Assembly (NCBI GenBank): GCA_964530165.1
Contig: CAZGYE010000018.1
Coordinates: 1 to 36,752, forward strand
Direction of reading: 5' to 3'
Origin: an uncultured Planctomycetaceae bacterium
GTDB lineage: Bacteria > Planctomycetota > Planctomycetia > Planctomycetales > Planctomycetaceae
DNA length: 36,752 bases
Positions 1 through 9,477 of this stretch are shown piece by piece; positions within the stretch are counted from its first letter, which is position 1; each line of letters opens with the position of its first letter. The translations under genes were made by a program, and so were the position numbers. The notes under the pieces are model-generated. The model saw only the letters and a list, made by a program, of their open reading frames with translations. It did not search any database and was not told the DNA's origin.

Positions 1-65
1 GGTCCGCCATCGAAACCTTCTGCAGCTTTGCTGAATTACCGCGTCCTTTCTAAGGAGAAACTATC

Positions 66-2966
66 ATGTTCTTGCGAACCGCGACTGTCGTTGCAGGGTG
101 CGGGTTGGCGGTTTTGGCCGTCACCATCTTCAGCAGCGCCGGAGCCATGGAGCTTCACGTGTCTCCTCACGGCAAAGACACGAATCCGGGAACGAAGCGA
201 CAGCCGCTGGCGACGTTCGAGCAGGCTCGCGATGTGCTGCGCACCAGGTCCAAGGACGAACCTGGAACGGTGATTGTGCATGCCGGGGTCTATCGGTTCA
301 GTGAGAGCCTCCTGTTGGGGACCGAGGATGCGGGCGCCAAACAGGCGCACGTGATTTGGAAGGCGGCCGATACAGAAGACGTACGGCTCACCGGTGGCTT
401 GCCGCTCACCGGGTTCCAGCCCGTGACGGACCCTGCTGTGGTCAAACGGATCAATCCAACCGCACGCAGCCACGTGCTGCAGGTGGATCTGAACGCTGCG
501 GGCGTCACCGACTTGGGACAAGTGGCTGGCAAGCGCCGTGCCGAACTCTTCTTCAACCAGCGTTCCCAACCCCTCTCTCGCTATCCCAATAACGGGTGGC
601 TGCGCATCGCCAGTGTTCCGCAGGAGGGCGAGTTGAAGTTCGCCGGCGACTTCCGCAATGGTGGGCCGGCGTATCTCGACGGTCAAATCGCTGGGAAGCA
701 CTACGGGCGGTTCACCTACAGCGGCGATCGTCCCAAGGGATGGAAGCCCAGCCGGGATCTGTGGGTCCACGGTTACTGGGTGTACGACTGGAGCGATCAA
801 TACCACCGGGTCAAGAAACTGGACACCACGAAGAAGGAAGTCTGGCCCGAGCCACCCTACCACTTCTACGGCTATCAGAAGAACGCGCGTTACTACTTTC
901 TGAACGTGCTCGAGGAAATCGACACGCCCGGCGAATGGTATCTGGATCGCAAAAACGGGCTGTTGTACTTCTGGCCGCCGTCAGCAGTCGCAAGGGCTCA
1001 GATCAGCTTTCCGCTTCTCGGCGAGCCGATGGTCCTCATGAAAAATGCACCGTTTGTGGAGTGGCGAGGTTTCGTGTTCGAGGCTTCTCGCGGCGGTGGC
1101 GTCTGGATCACCGGCGGTCACCATGACGTAATCGCCGGTTGCACATTCCGCAATCTCGGTGACACGGCCATTGAATGCAAGCAGGGCACGGATCATAAAA
1201 TCCAGAGTTGCGATCTGTTCGAACTAGGGGCCGGCGGCATCGTGATCGATGCCGGAGATCGCAAAACACTCTCGGCCGGCAACTGCGTGGTCGAGAACTG
1301 CCACATCCACGACATTGGCCGGGTCAGACCGGCGTATCACCCTGCGATCAGGCTGGACGGCGTGGGCAACCGCGTCTCGCACTGCGACATCCACGACACG
1401 CCGCATCAGGGGCTAGGATACGAGGGCAATGACCACGTGATCGAGTATTGCGAGTTCTCTCGAACAGGCTACGATACCGGGGACATTGGCGCGATCTCGA
1501 CTGCCTTTGACTGGACCTACCGCGGCAATGTCATCCGCTACTGTTATTTCCATGACATTCATTCTCCACCGAGAACCCATGTTGGTTCGATGACCGTCTA
1601 CCTCGACCTGCCCGTCGGGGGTTTGCACCTATACGGGAACGTGTTCCATGACATGCAGCGGGCGTTCTTCACCAACAGTGGCCGGGATATCACAATCGAA
1701 AACAATCTCTTCGTGGACTGTCATCCGTCTGTGCAGTTCAACACATGGATGCGTGAAAGCCAGTTCAAATTGGGTGGGTCGTGGCGCATGGTCGAGCGTC
1801 TGGCAGACGTCAAGTACGACCAGCCGCCTTACAGCACACGCTACCCCGAACTGCTGAAACTCTTCAAAGATGGGGACGTGCGCGTTCCGCGCGGCAACAT
1901 CATTCGCAGCAACATCAGTTTCGGTGGGCAGTTTCTGGAGCTGCAGCCTTTGATCAGTTTGAACGACACCAAGGTGCAGAACAATCTGATCGGCGACTCG
2001 ATCGTCTTCAAAGGCTCGTTCACCGGCAGTGGAAAGGGAAGCTCCTACAACAGCAACGACCCGGCGATTGCCGCGGAACTTGGCAAGTACGGCAATGTCG
2101 TCACTCAGAACCAGGCACTTGTCAAGGACGCGGAGGCAGAGGATTTCACCGTGCCGGCCGATTCTCCCGCGTGGAAACTTGGATTCAAGCCGCTTCCATT
2201 CGATCAGATGGGCCTGATCAAGGACGAATACCGCAAGTCCCTGCCGGTTCACGCACCGGTCATCCGCCCGCGCGGCCAGCGATTCCTGGGTACGATCAAT
2301 GTTCATCTCAAGCCGTCCCGCCGCGGTCCAAAGGCGGTCGTCCGCTACACGCTGGACGGTTCGGAGCCAACACCGCAGTCACCGGTCTACACGATGCCGC
2401 TGAAGCTGAGCGCGCCGGGCGAGGTGACGGTCAAAGCGGCTGCCTTTGGCCCCGCCGGTCGATCCTCCGTGATCACTGCCGGCTATGAGGGGCGCCCGCT
2501 CGGGTCGCAAGGCGGAGTCTACTTGAGCGAGCTTTTGGCAACAGATGTGTTCTGCCATGCCGGTCTCAAGCTGGATGGTGACTACCGCGGCGAGTCGATT
2601 GAGTTGGACGGCAAGCGATACCGACGCGGCGTCATGCTGCACCCGGAGGTGACGCAGCAGGGCGGGCGAGGCAGGGCAACCTACCGACTCGACGCAGGAC
2701 TCCGACCGGCGACGAAGCTGACAGCAGTGATCGGCGTGGAAGACGAGGCCAGGGAGCACAAGATTGGGTCGGTTGTCTTCATCGTCGAGGTACAACGCAA
2801 CGGCCAATGGAAACAGGCCTTCAAGAGCCAAGTCATCCACTCCGGCGAAGCCCGGCCCATCGAAGTCGACATCCACGATGCAGATCAGGTTCGTCTGATC
2901 ACAACGGATGGTGGAGATAATATCTACGGGGACCTCGCCACGTGGGCAGACGCCAAGCTGCAGTAG
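66..2966 (+). CDS. Secreted right-handed parallel beta-helix (pectate-lyase fold) protein with a C-terminal CHB_HEX_C/Fn3-like module and an NPCBM carbohydrate-binding domain
   Basis: ATG at 66 preceded by GGAG. N-terminal signal-like hydrophobic stretch (MFLRTATVVAGCGLAVLAVTIFSSAGA). The middle is rich in G/N/D/H repeats typical of beta-helix sugar hydrolases or lyases. VVRYTLDGSEPTPQSPVY...VTVKAAAF resembles a chitobiase C-terminal-like domain. The C-terminus (DGKRYRRGVMLHPE...ITTDGGDNIYGDLATWADAKLQ) matches the NPCBM family signature (…DAGDG..YD.ADWADAKL). Confidence 0.8.
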   Translation: MFLRTATVVAGCGLAVLAVTIFSSAGAMELHVSPHGKDTNPGTKRQPLATFEQARDVLRTRSKDEPGTVIVHAGVYRFSESLLLGTEDAGAKQAHVIWKAADTEDVRLTGGLPLTGFQPVTDPAVVKRINPTARSHVLQVDLNAAGVTDLGQVAGKRRAELFFNQRSQPLSRYPNNGWLRIASVPQEGELKFAGDFRNGGPAYLDGQIAGKHYGRFTYSGDRPKGWKPSRDLWVHGYWVYDWSDQYHRVKKLDTTKKEVWPEPPYHFYGYQKNARYYFLNVLEEIDTPGEWYLDRKNGLLYFWPPSAVARAQISFPLLGEPMVLMKNAPFVEWRGFVFEASRGGGVWITGGHHDVIAGCTFRNLGDTAIECKQGTDHKIQSCDLFELGAGGIVIDAGDRKTLSAGNCVVENCHIHDIGRVRPAYHPAIRLDGVGNRVSHCDIHDTPHQGLGYEGNDHVIEYCEFSRTGYDTGDIGAISTAFDWTYRGNVIRYCYFHDIHSPPRTHVGSMTVYLDLPVGGLHLYGNVFHDMQRAFFTNSGRDITIENNLFVDCHPSVQFNTWMRESQFKLGGSWRMVERLADVKYDQPPYSTRYPELLKLFKDGDVRVPRGNIIRSNISFGGQFLELQPLISLNDTKVQNNLIGDSIVFKGSFTGSGKGSSYNSNDPAIAAELGKYGNVVTQNQALVKDAEAEDFTVPADSPAWKLGFKPLPFDQMGLIKDEYRKSLPVHAPVIRPRGQRFLGTINVHLKPSRRGPKAVVRYTLDGSEPTPQSPVYTMPLKLSAPGEVTVKAAAFGPAGRSSVITAGYEGRPLGSQGGVYLSELLATDVFCHAGLKLDGDYRGESIELDGKRYRRGVMLHPEVTQQGGRGRATYRLDAGLRPATKLTAVIGVEDEAREHKIGSVVFIVEVQRNGQWKQAFKSQVIHSGEARPIEVDIHDADQVRLITTDGGDNIYGDLATWADAKLQ

Positions 2967-3088
2967 GTCAGAAACGGCGAGCCGGGATTCGTTTCAGGCT
3001 CAACCCGAATGAGAAATATCGGTCAAGAAGAAGAGGACCGTTGTGCGGTAACGATTTCCATGTACAAACTCGAGGAAGCAAGGTCGTG

Positions 3089-5425
3089 ATGAAGTATCGA
3101 TGGTTGCTGGGCATTCTGGCGTTTGTCACTGTTCTCCCGCCCGTTTCAACGGCCGCGGATGGCAACGGACCACGGGACTTCTCGCAAACGGTGCGGAAAC
3201 AGATCGAACGGGCCGACATCGATTGGCTACGCGATGCCACGCAGAAACAGCTTCGCGGGTGTCGTGTTCAGGGGAAGGACGGTGTGTGGTTACACACGCC
3301 CGATGGCGTCGGGAACTATCGCGCGTTGTGGACGCGCGACTTCACTTACATGGTCGAGTACGCTGGCGACTTGCTCGAACCGAAGGAAATCAAAGCGTCG
3401 ATTCTGTATTTACTCACCGGTCAGCGGGACGATGGATGCATGCCCGACCGCGTCAATGTGGCCGGTAAAGGCGTCTTCAGTCCAGGCCCCGAACAAAAGC
3501 CGATGGCCGATCATGCGCTGGACAACGGCGCGTTCATGGCCGAACTGGTGTGCGCGTATGTCGATTTGACCGGCGATCTCGACTTGCCGCGGCAAGTCGA
3601 GCCGGCAATTCGCAAAGGGCTGGACTACACGCACCGGGCTGCCAACGGTCTGATCGACAATCCGCCCGCCACACCGCAGTGTCCCTACGGTTTTACCGAC
3701 ACGGTCGCCAAGACAGGCCATCTGCTGTTCTGCTCGGTGCTGTACTACGACGCCTGTGTGCGAATGGAGCGACTTTGCCGGCAGGCACAATGCGGCGATC
3801 CGGCAGAGTACCGGTGCCGGGCAGAGTTGATTTGTAAAAACCTCGGCCTGCTGTGGAACGAGGATGCGGGTATGTTCTGGGCGGCGGATCGCGATTGCAA
3901 ACAGATCGACATTTGGGGCAGCGCACTGGCAGCACACCTCGGCCTGACAACGGAGACACAATCCGGTCGCATCGCGGACTACCTCGTGAAACACTATGAC
4001 GAGATTGTTCAGCGCGGTCAGGTTCGACATCTGCCGGCGGGAGAAACCTGGCAGCGGTTCTTCCGCAAACCGGGCGTGAAACCGGGCACGTACCAAAACG
4101 GTGCGTTCTGGGCCACGCCCGTTGCCTGGGTCGCGCCGACGATCGCACGACGCAATCCAGACCTGGCAGTGAAGATGGTGCGAGACGTGATCGCCGATTT
4201 CCGCGCGCGCGGAATCACCGAGTGCGTCAATGGTCACTATCACAACGTGTCGGAGTATGTCGTCAGTGCGACCAACGTGTACGGCCTGGTGAAAGAGCCG
4301 GCGGCGGGAAATGGTCAGTCCATCCAGCATTTCACGGTCACGAGAAATGACAAGTTTCACGAAAGCTGGCCCGATCTGGCCTTGGCGGCCAACGGCGACT
4401 TCGTGTTGACTTATCAGGAATCGGAGAGTCACGGCGGCGGAGGGGTTTCGACAATCGTCACGCGCGTCAGTCAAGACCGGGGCCGAACCTGGGGCAAACG
4501 CACCGTCGTGGCCCAACTGACCCATCGTCAGCGTGACGGCTGGCTGAATTCTTCGCGCATTGTTCGTCTGCAAGATCAATCGTTGTTGATGACCGTGGAT
4601 TGGGTTCCGCAGAATCCGCCGCCGAACTCGCCTCACGTGTGGGGGGACATCCGCGCGGTAATCTGGTTATACAGCAGCCGCGACAACGGGCGCAGCTGGG
4701 TCGGGCCTGAGAAGACGTCGATACGCGGCGGAATTGTCCCCGGTATCACTCAGTTGCGTGACGGCACGCTGCTTATCGGCACGACGCGTTTTGAACCAGA
4801 CAACCACTATCGACAGATCCAGCTTGTGCATCGGTCGACTGACAACGGCAAGACCTGGAAGGGACCGATGATTGTCGGCAAACACCCCAAGCGACAACCG
4901 AACGAGGGGGACTTTGTGGAACTGGCGACCGGCGAGGTCGTCTGCTACATGCGCGACGACGAACCGGGCGTAAAAAACGGGCTGAGATCGATCTCACGCG
5001 ACGGCGGCCAAACCTGGAGTCCGCTCTACCGCAGCGGGCCATGGAACTATAGCGGCCACCCCAAGGTCGGACTCTTGAGTACCGGGGAAATCTTCCTGAC
5101 TTCCCGCGTCGGCGCTCCTCTCGCCCTGCCCGACAATCAACAGCCCGGCCACTACCTCGGTGCTTACATGGAATCGCAGGCGGCAGCCCTCCAACCGACG
5201 CCACTGAAAGGGCCGGTCCCGAAAGAAGCCCGGTGGGTGTTAATCGACAACGACACGAATCGAAAACGTCCCGACTGGGGCTATTCCAGTTGGCTCGAGT
5301 TGCCTGACGGTTCGATTTACGTTGTGCAGTACATTACCACCGCCGACGCCCCCGCAACGAAACCCTTCATCCGCGGCTATCGGGTTCCGCGAAGTGTCCT
5401 GCAAAAGGGTTCCCCAAAACCCTAA
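3089..5425 (+). CDS. Secreted two-domain protein: N-terminal six-hairpin (alpha/alpha)6 glycosidase-like domain fused to a C-terminal BNR/Asp-box sialidase-like beta-propeller
   Basis: The listed ORF starts at 2942, but in-frame ATG 3089 (MKYRWLLGILAFVTVLPPVSTAADG) provides a signal peptide. The N-terminal half has (alpha/alpha)6 barrel-like motifs (NGAFWATP, RALWTRDF). The C-terminal half from about 4320 carries Asp-box repeats: SQDRGRTW, SRDNGRSW, STDNGKTW, SRDGGQTW. Confidence 0.8.
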   Translation: MKYRWLLGILAFVTVLPPVSTAADGNGPRDFSQTVRKQIERADIDWLRDATQKQLRGCRVQGKDGVWLHTPDGVGNYRALWTRDFTYMVEYAGDLLEPKEIKASILYLLTGQRDDGCMPDRVNVAGKGVFSPGPEQKPMADHALDNGAFMAELVCAYVDLTGDLDLPRQVEPAIRKGLDYTHRAANGLIDNPPATPQCPYGFTDTVAKTGHLLFCSVLYYDACVRMERLCRQAQCGDPAEYRCRAELICKNLGLLWNEDAGMFWAADRDCKQIDIWGSALAAHLGLTTETQSGRIADYLVKHYDEIVQRGQVRHLPAGETWQRFFRKPGVKPGTYQNGAFWATPVAWVAPTIARRNPDLAVKMVRDVIADFRARGITECVNGHYHNVSEYVVSATNVYGLVKEPAAGNGQSIQHFTVTRNDKFHESWPDLALAANGDFVLTYQESESHGGGGVSTIVTRVSQDRGRTWGKRTVVAQLTHRQRDGWLNSSRIVRLQDQSLLMTVDWVPQNPPPNSPHVWGDIRAVIWLYSSRDNGRSWVGPEKTSIRGGIVPGITQLRDGTLLIGTTRFEPDNHYRQIQLVHRSTDNGKTWKGPMIVGKHPKRQPNEGDFVELATGEVVCYMRDDEPGVKNGLRSISRDGGQTWSPLYRSGPWNYSGHPKVGLLSTGEIFLTSRVGAPLALPDNQQPGHYLGAYMESQAAALQPTPLKGPVPKEARWVLIDNDTNRKRPDWGYSSWLELPDGSIYVVQYITTADAPATKPFIRGYRVPRSVLQKGSPKP

Positions 5426-5445
5426 CGTTTAACAAGGAAACGGTT

Positions 5446-6681
5446 ATGACATCCACGTGTTCATTTTTCGCATCCCCGTTTGATGTGTCCCATTGGTTGC
5501 TGCTTGGCCTTTTGGTCTGCGCTTTCCCATCAGTTTCAGCCGCTGCCGAGGGTGACATTCAGCAATTCACAGTCTCCCGTGACGACACCCATCATCAGGG
5601 CTGGCCGTCGGTCTGTATTGCTTCCAACGGCAATCTGGTCTGCAGCTATGCCGAGGCAGACGTTCACGGCGGCGGAGCACTCCCCAGGGTGATGGTGTGT
5701 ATCAGCAAAGACCAGGGCCGGACGTGGGGCAAACCGATCGTCATTGACACACTCGCCAGCCCGACCGGCCGCAATTTTCTGATGTGCCGATGGATCTTAC
5801 ATCTCAAAGACGGCTCACTGCTGTTAGCTGCCGACTTTAACGGCACGAGCCCCCTGGCTCCGCCGGGAGCGCTACACGAGTTTGCCGATGATCCGGTCAA
5901 CACGGGTGATGCAGGAGCCTGGCTGTATCGCAGTCGCGACAACGGTCGCAGCTGGACCGGACCGCAGAAAACATTTTGCCTGACAGAGAGCCTCACGATG
6001 GAGCAGCTCAGCAACGGCACGATCATTCTGGGTGGCTCACAGTATCACACCAAGCGCGCCAACTATTACACAAAAAAGATGGGTTACGACTATCAGGTCC
6101 TGTATTACTCCAAAGACAATGCCAAAACCTGGTACGGTCCGGTGACCGTACTCGACAACCCAAAATACAGCGGTGCTGAGGGAGATCTTGTCGAGATGCC
6201 CGGCGGCAAACTGGTCATGTATCTTCGTAATACAGCAGTCGGCGTCGGATCGTTCAAGATGATCTCTGCCGACAACGGTCTGACCTGGCAGGGACCGTAT
6301 GCCGCCGGTAAGTATGCTTCTAACGGCAGGATTTGCGCAGGCCTGCTCAGTAACGGCGATGTCTTGGTGCTGCACCGTATAGACGGCCCGGCAAAGAATG
6401 GTGAAGCGCTCGGTTTCTTTGTTGAATCGCCCAAAGCCGCCCTGTCGAGGATTCCGTATGATCCCAAAACGTATCAACCCACAGCGAAAAGCTGGGGCAT
6501 CATCGATATCGACAGCAATAAGAAACGCCCCGACACCGGATATAGTGGCTGGGTTGAGCTGCCTGGCGGCGACATCTACGCCGTCCAGTACATCACCGCC
6601 GACGCGCCCGCCGGTAAACCCTTCATCCGCGGCTATCGGATTCCGCGAAGTTTCCTGACAAAGGGTTCCCAGAACCACTGA
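5446..6681 (+). CDS. Secreted BNR-repeat sialidase-like (exo-alpha-sialidase family) beta-propeller protein; paralog of the C-terminal domain of the upstream gene
   Basis: AAGGAAAC Shine-Dalgarno 7 nt before ATG 5446, followed by a signal peptide. Asp-boxes SKDQGRTW, SRDNGRSW, SKDNAKTW, SADNGLTW. The C-terminal ~50 aa and ~60 nt are near-identical to the 3' end of the upstream gene (KPFIRGYR[VI]PRS). Confidence 0.8.
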   Translation: MTSTCSFFASPFDVSHWLLLGLLVCAFPSVSAAAEGDIQQFTVSRDDTHHQGWPSVCIASNGNLVCSYAEADVHGGGALPRVMVCISKDQGRTWGKPIVIDTLASPTGRNFLMCRWILHLKDGSLLLAADFNGTSPLAPPGALHEFADDPVNTGDAGAWLYRSRDNGRSWTGPQKTFCLTESLTMEQLSNGTIILGGSQYHTKRANYYTKKMGYDYQVLYYSKDNAKTWYGPVTVLDNPKYSGAEGDLVEMPGGKLVMYLRNTAVGVGSFKMISADNGLTWQGPYAAGKYASNGRICAGLLSNGDVLVLHRIDGPAKNGEALGFFVESPKAALSRIPYDPKTYQPTAKSWGIIDIDSNKKRPDTGYSGWVELPGGDIYAVQYITADAPAGKPFIRGYRIPRSFLTKGSQNH

Positions 6682-6682
6682 A

Positions 6683-8593
6683 ATGGAAAGTGCGAAGATC
6701 ATGTCGCCGCCTCGATCTTACAGATGCTTGTTACTCTTGCTGTTGACACAGATCTCGTTGCAAGCTTCCGGCTCCAGTGCGGCCCTGCCGGACACACTGC
6801 GGCAACTAGCGAAGTCCAACCATGCGCAGGACAAGAAGACGCACGACCTCACACTGTTTCTCCTGATGCCGGATCCGAGCGCTGAAGTGAATGCGGCGGT
6901 CAAGTCGCTGGGACTGCCCATCCGCCGGCAGGAGGGCCGGGAAGGCACATTTGTCGCCGTCGTCGGAACTGGGGAAACGGGTGACTTGAAGTTGTTGAAC
7001 GGCCTCAAGCCAACCAGGTCGAATGAGGGATATCGTGTTGTGCATGGGCCGTTGGGCGAGCTATGGCTTGCGTCGCGGACCCAACATGGTCTGGCCAACG
7101 GGCTGTATGACGTCCGCCGCGCGCTGCTGGTTGCGCCCGATAAAATTCCATCGCCCGCCCGCCTGCTCCCGGAAGGAGACCACTCGCCGCATTTTGCGCA
7201 GCGAATCTTCTACCATTTTGTGACCACGTGGAATCTGCAACATCTCACGGTGGACACCTTCACCGCCGAACAGTGGAGAGTGCATCTGCAACGGATGCGC
7301 GCCCTGAACGCCAACCAGTTCTATTTCGACATCTGGGCCGATCAGTATTACCATCCGGACTACCCCGAAACGCACGCGAACAAGGTGCAGTACGATCGGC
7401 TCCGCGAGGCCTGCGATTATGCCCACAAAATCGGGTTGCGGACCGGCGTCGTCATTTTTCCGTGTCAGGTGCCGCCTTCCGTCTATCAGGCACATCCTCG
7501 GGCGCGAGCGGTCGAGGCGGCGAACTACCACGGCATCAACATGTGCCCTTCACGGGCGTGGGACCGCGTGGTCTCCTTCGATACGTTTCTGCTGCGCTAT
7601 TTTGGCTCGTCCGTGGACGATGTGATCGTCGAAATGCAAGATCCCGGCTCCTGTTTGTGTGGGCAGTGCTGCAAACAGTTCCCAGAACTCGTCAACCGGT
7701 TCATTCAGACGTACCGACACGTTCCGGGCGGTCCAGCCGACAGGAAGATCAATCTGTGCACGCTGCATTTCCGGGATTGGCTGGAAGAGCCGCATGGTGT
7801 CGCCGCATCCCGGATTGCCTTTCCGATCAAGGACTTGAGAAAGCGTGTCTTTGCAGCTCTGCCGAAGGGGACGACGCTGTCGGACATCGACAACCAAACG
7901 ATGGATCTGGGTCGCAGGCAGGGACTCAAGAGCTGCTACTTCTTTTTCGATCTGGACCCGGAATCGGGACTCGAAAGCGCCCAGGTTTTTCCGCGCGTCA
8001 AATTGCGTCGGATTGAATCGCAGATTCAGGAGAGCGTCAAACGAGGTCACGACGGCATACTCGACTACCGCATGATGCCCTTCGCGCAACACGTTGCCGA
8101 CTATGCCCTGTTTCGCAAATGTTGGGACCCGTCGATCGACCTGGATGTCGCCATGACGGAACTGGCGGCAGAGTGGAAGATCCCCGCCGACAAGCGTCCG
8201 ATGTTCGTCAAAGCGATGCGAGACCTCGACGATTGGTGGGAAAAGCGTGACATCAAATCACTCGATGCAGCGGACGTTGCGTTGCAGCTTTTGTGGGAAG
8301 ATGAGGACCGTTCCGAATACCTGACTGATCTGAAGGATCTGGTTGTCGTCTTGCGAGTCCTGGCGCACTATTGGCAGGAAAATAGAGAGAAAGTGACTCG
8401 GCCCGACTTCTTCCCACCACCGGAGCTGGTCCACCAAGTGCACCGTCTGATGATCAACTGCCGCATCTTTGAGGCCTACACCGTCTACCAGCACTGGGAA
8501 CTTCGCTCGAAGGAGATGATTGGCCAACGTCTGCGCTGGTGGCTGGGTGGTTTGCAGCCGGTCAATCCTCAAACCGCGCCACCGGGACTTTGA
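6683..8593 (+). CDS. Hypothetical secreted protein (possible TIM-barrel glycoside-hydrolase-like), translationally coupled to the upstream sialidase-like gene
   Basis: ATG 6683 lies 1 nt after the upstream TGA. Signal-like N-terminus (RCLLLLLLTQISLQASGSS). A 636-aa ORF with no internal stops and no family recognised by eye. Confidence 0.6.
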   Translation: MESAKIMSPPRSYRCLLLLLLTQISLQASGSSAALPDTLRQLAKSNHAQDKKTHDLTLFLLMPDPSAEVNAAVKSLGLPIRRQEGREGTFVAVVGTGETGDLKLLNGLKPTRSNEGYRVVHGPLGELWLASRTQHGLANGLYDVRRALLVAPDKIPSPARLLPEGDHSPHFAQRIFYHFVTTWNLQHLTVDTFTAEQWRVHLQRMRALNANQFYFDIWADQYYHPDYPETHANKVQYDRLREACDYAHKIGLRTGVVIFPCQVPPSVYQAHPRARAVEAANYHGINMCPSRAWDRVVSFDTFLLRYFGSSVDDVIVEMQDPGSCLCGQCCKQFPELVNRFIQTYRHVPGGPADRKINLCTLHFRDWLEEPHGVAASRIAFPIKDLRKRVFAALPKGTTLSDIDNQTMDLGRRQGLKSCYFFFDLDPESGLESAQVFPRVKLRRIESQIQESVKRGHDGILDYRMMPFAQHVADYALFRKCWDPSIDLDVAMTELAAEWKIPADKRPMFVKAMRDLDDWWEKRDIKSLDAADVALQLLWEDEDRSEYLTDLKDLVVVLRVLAHYWQENREKVTRPDFFPPPELVHQVHRLMINCRIFEAYTVYQHWELRSKEMIGQRLRWWLGGLQPVNPQTAPPGL

Positions 8594-9344
8594 CGGGTGC
8601 GAGTTCGGTCGTGCCGCCCGCTTTGATCGTGACTTTGAACTTGCGATTGATATAGCCGACCTTCTCGTGCCAGACGCGGAATTCGTGCTCGCCGGCCGGC
8701 AGCAGATCGATGCGGAACTTGCCCTGCTTGTCGGTGATGGCCGCATAGGGATGGTCGAGAATCAGCCAATTGGCGCTCATCCAAGGATGAATGTCGCATT
8801 TGACCTGGATCGGCAAGATCTCAGGCACCTTGCTTGTCAGCGCGATGCCCTCGCGGTCGTTTGGCTTCAGCAAGAAATTGACCGCCTGGCCACGGATCGG
8901 AAACGTGTGCACGTTGTGCGATGTTGGATCGCTCGAGACCACGCGGACCGCCTGATCGGTGCGGACAAGCAAAGAGTGTGGCTCGAACGTGCAGCCCTTC
9001 TGGTCGAACGTGACCTCCTTGACCTTGCTCCTCACCAGGTTCGGGTGAACCTTCTTGGCTTTGCGCATGTAGATAAAGATGTTGGCGATGCCCTTGGTCT
9101 TCTCGTCAATGACCAGACGGTCGTTGTAGTGGTCTTTGGCGGCGCAGCAACTGGCGTCCTTGACGTTGGGATCGCCCTTCCTGCGCTGCAGCTCCGGCTT
9201 CGGGACCTTGCCAGCGAGCACGAACTGCCCGGTCACCGACCCGTAGCCCTCGTCGAAGGCTCGTGCTTCGTCGATTGCGCACAACGTGAACAGAACCAGA
9301 GACAACGCAGCCAAACTGCAAGCGAGAAAGCGACCAGTGTTCAT
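8562..9344 (-). CDS. Secreted cupredoxin-like (amicyanin-type blue copper motif) protein with a C-terminal carboxypeptidase-regulatory-like beta-sandwich
   Basis: Chosen start is ATG at 9344..9342 (MNTGRFLACSLAALSLVLFTLCA, a signal peptide) with GAGGAA upstream. C-x2-H-x2-M motif (KCDIHPWM) with an upstream His (SHNVHTF), the same spacing as the amicyanin type-1 Cu loop. The C-terminal GKFRIDLLPAGEHEFRVWHEKVGY resembles CarboxypepD_reg. Confidence 0.7.
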   Translation of the reverse strand: MNTGRFLACSLAALSLVLFTLCAIDEARAFDEGYGSVTGQFVLAGKVPKPELQRRKGDPNVKDASCCAAKDHYNDRLVIDEKTKGIANIFIYMRKAKKVHPNLVRSKVKEVTFDQKGCTFEPHSLLVRTDQAVRVVSSDPTSHNVHTFPIRGQAVNFLLKPNDREGIALTSKVPEILPIQVKCDIHPWMSANWLILDHPYAAITDKQGKFRIDLLPAGEHEFRVWHEKVGYINRKFKVTIKAGGTTELAPVKVPVARFED

Positions 9345-9477
9345 CTCGTTGTTCCTCAAAGCAATTGGAGTGAGAGGCGGGGCCTGTCGCGGCGCGCTCG
9401 TCGCGCGACAGATGCGAACCGACAGTCGATTCGGCAAGACACAGTATATAAGTTAGCGAATCGTCCGCCAAAACGCT

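Noticed and set aside
36-863. Long antisense or alternative-frame ORFs, including 36-863(-), 1629-2306(-), 3410-4636(-), 9106-10830(-), 11676-12530(-), 13451-14587(-), 24975-26333(-), 27678-29612(-), 34688-36040(-)
   Set aside because: Each lies opposite to, or out of frame within, a gene with clear family-level motifs. Their translations are Arg/Ala/Gly/Pro-rich low-complexity products expected from high-GC DNA, with no motifs.
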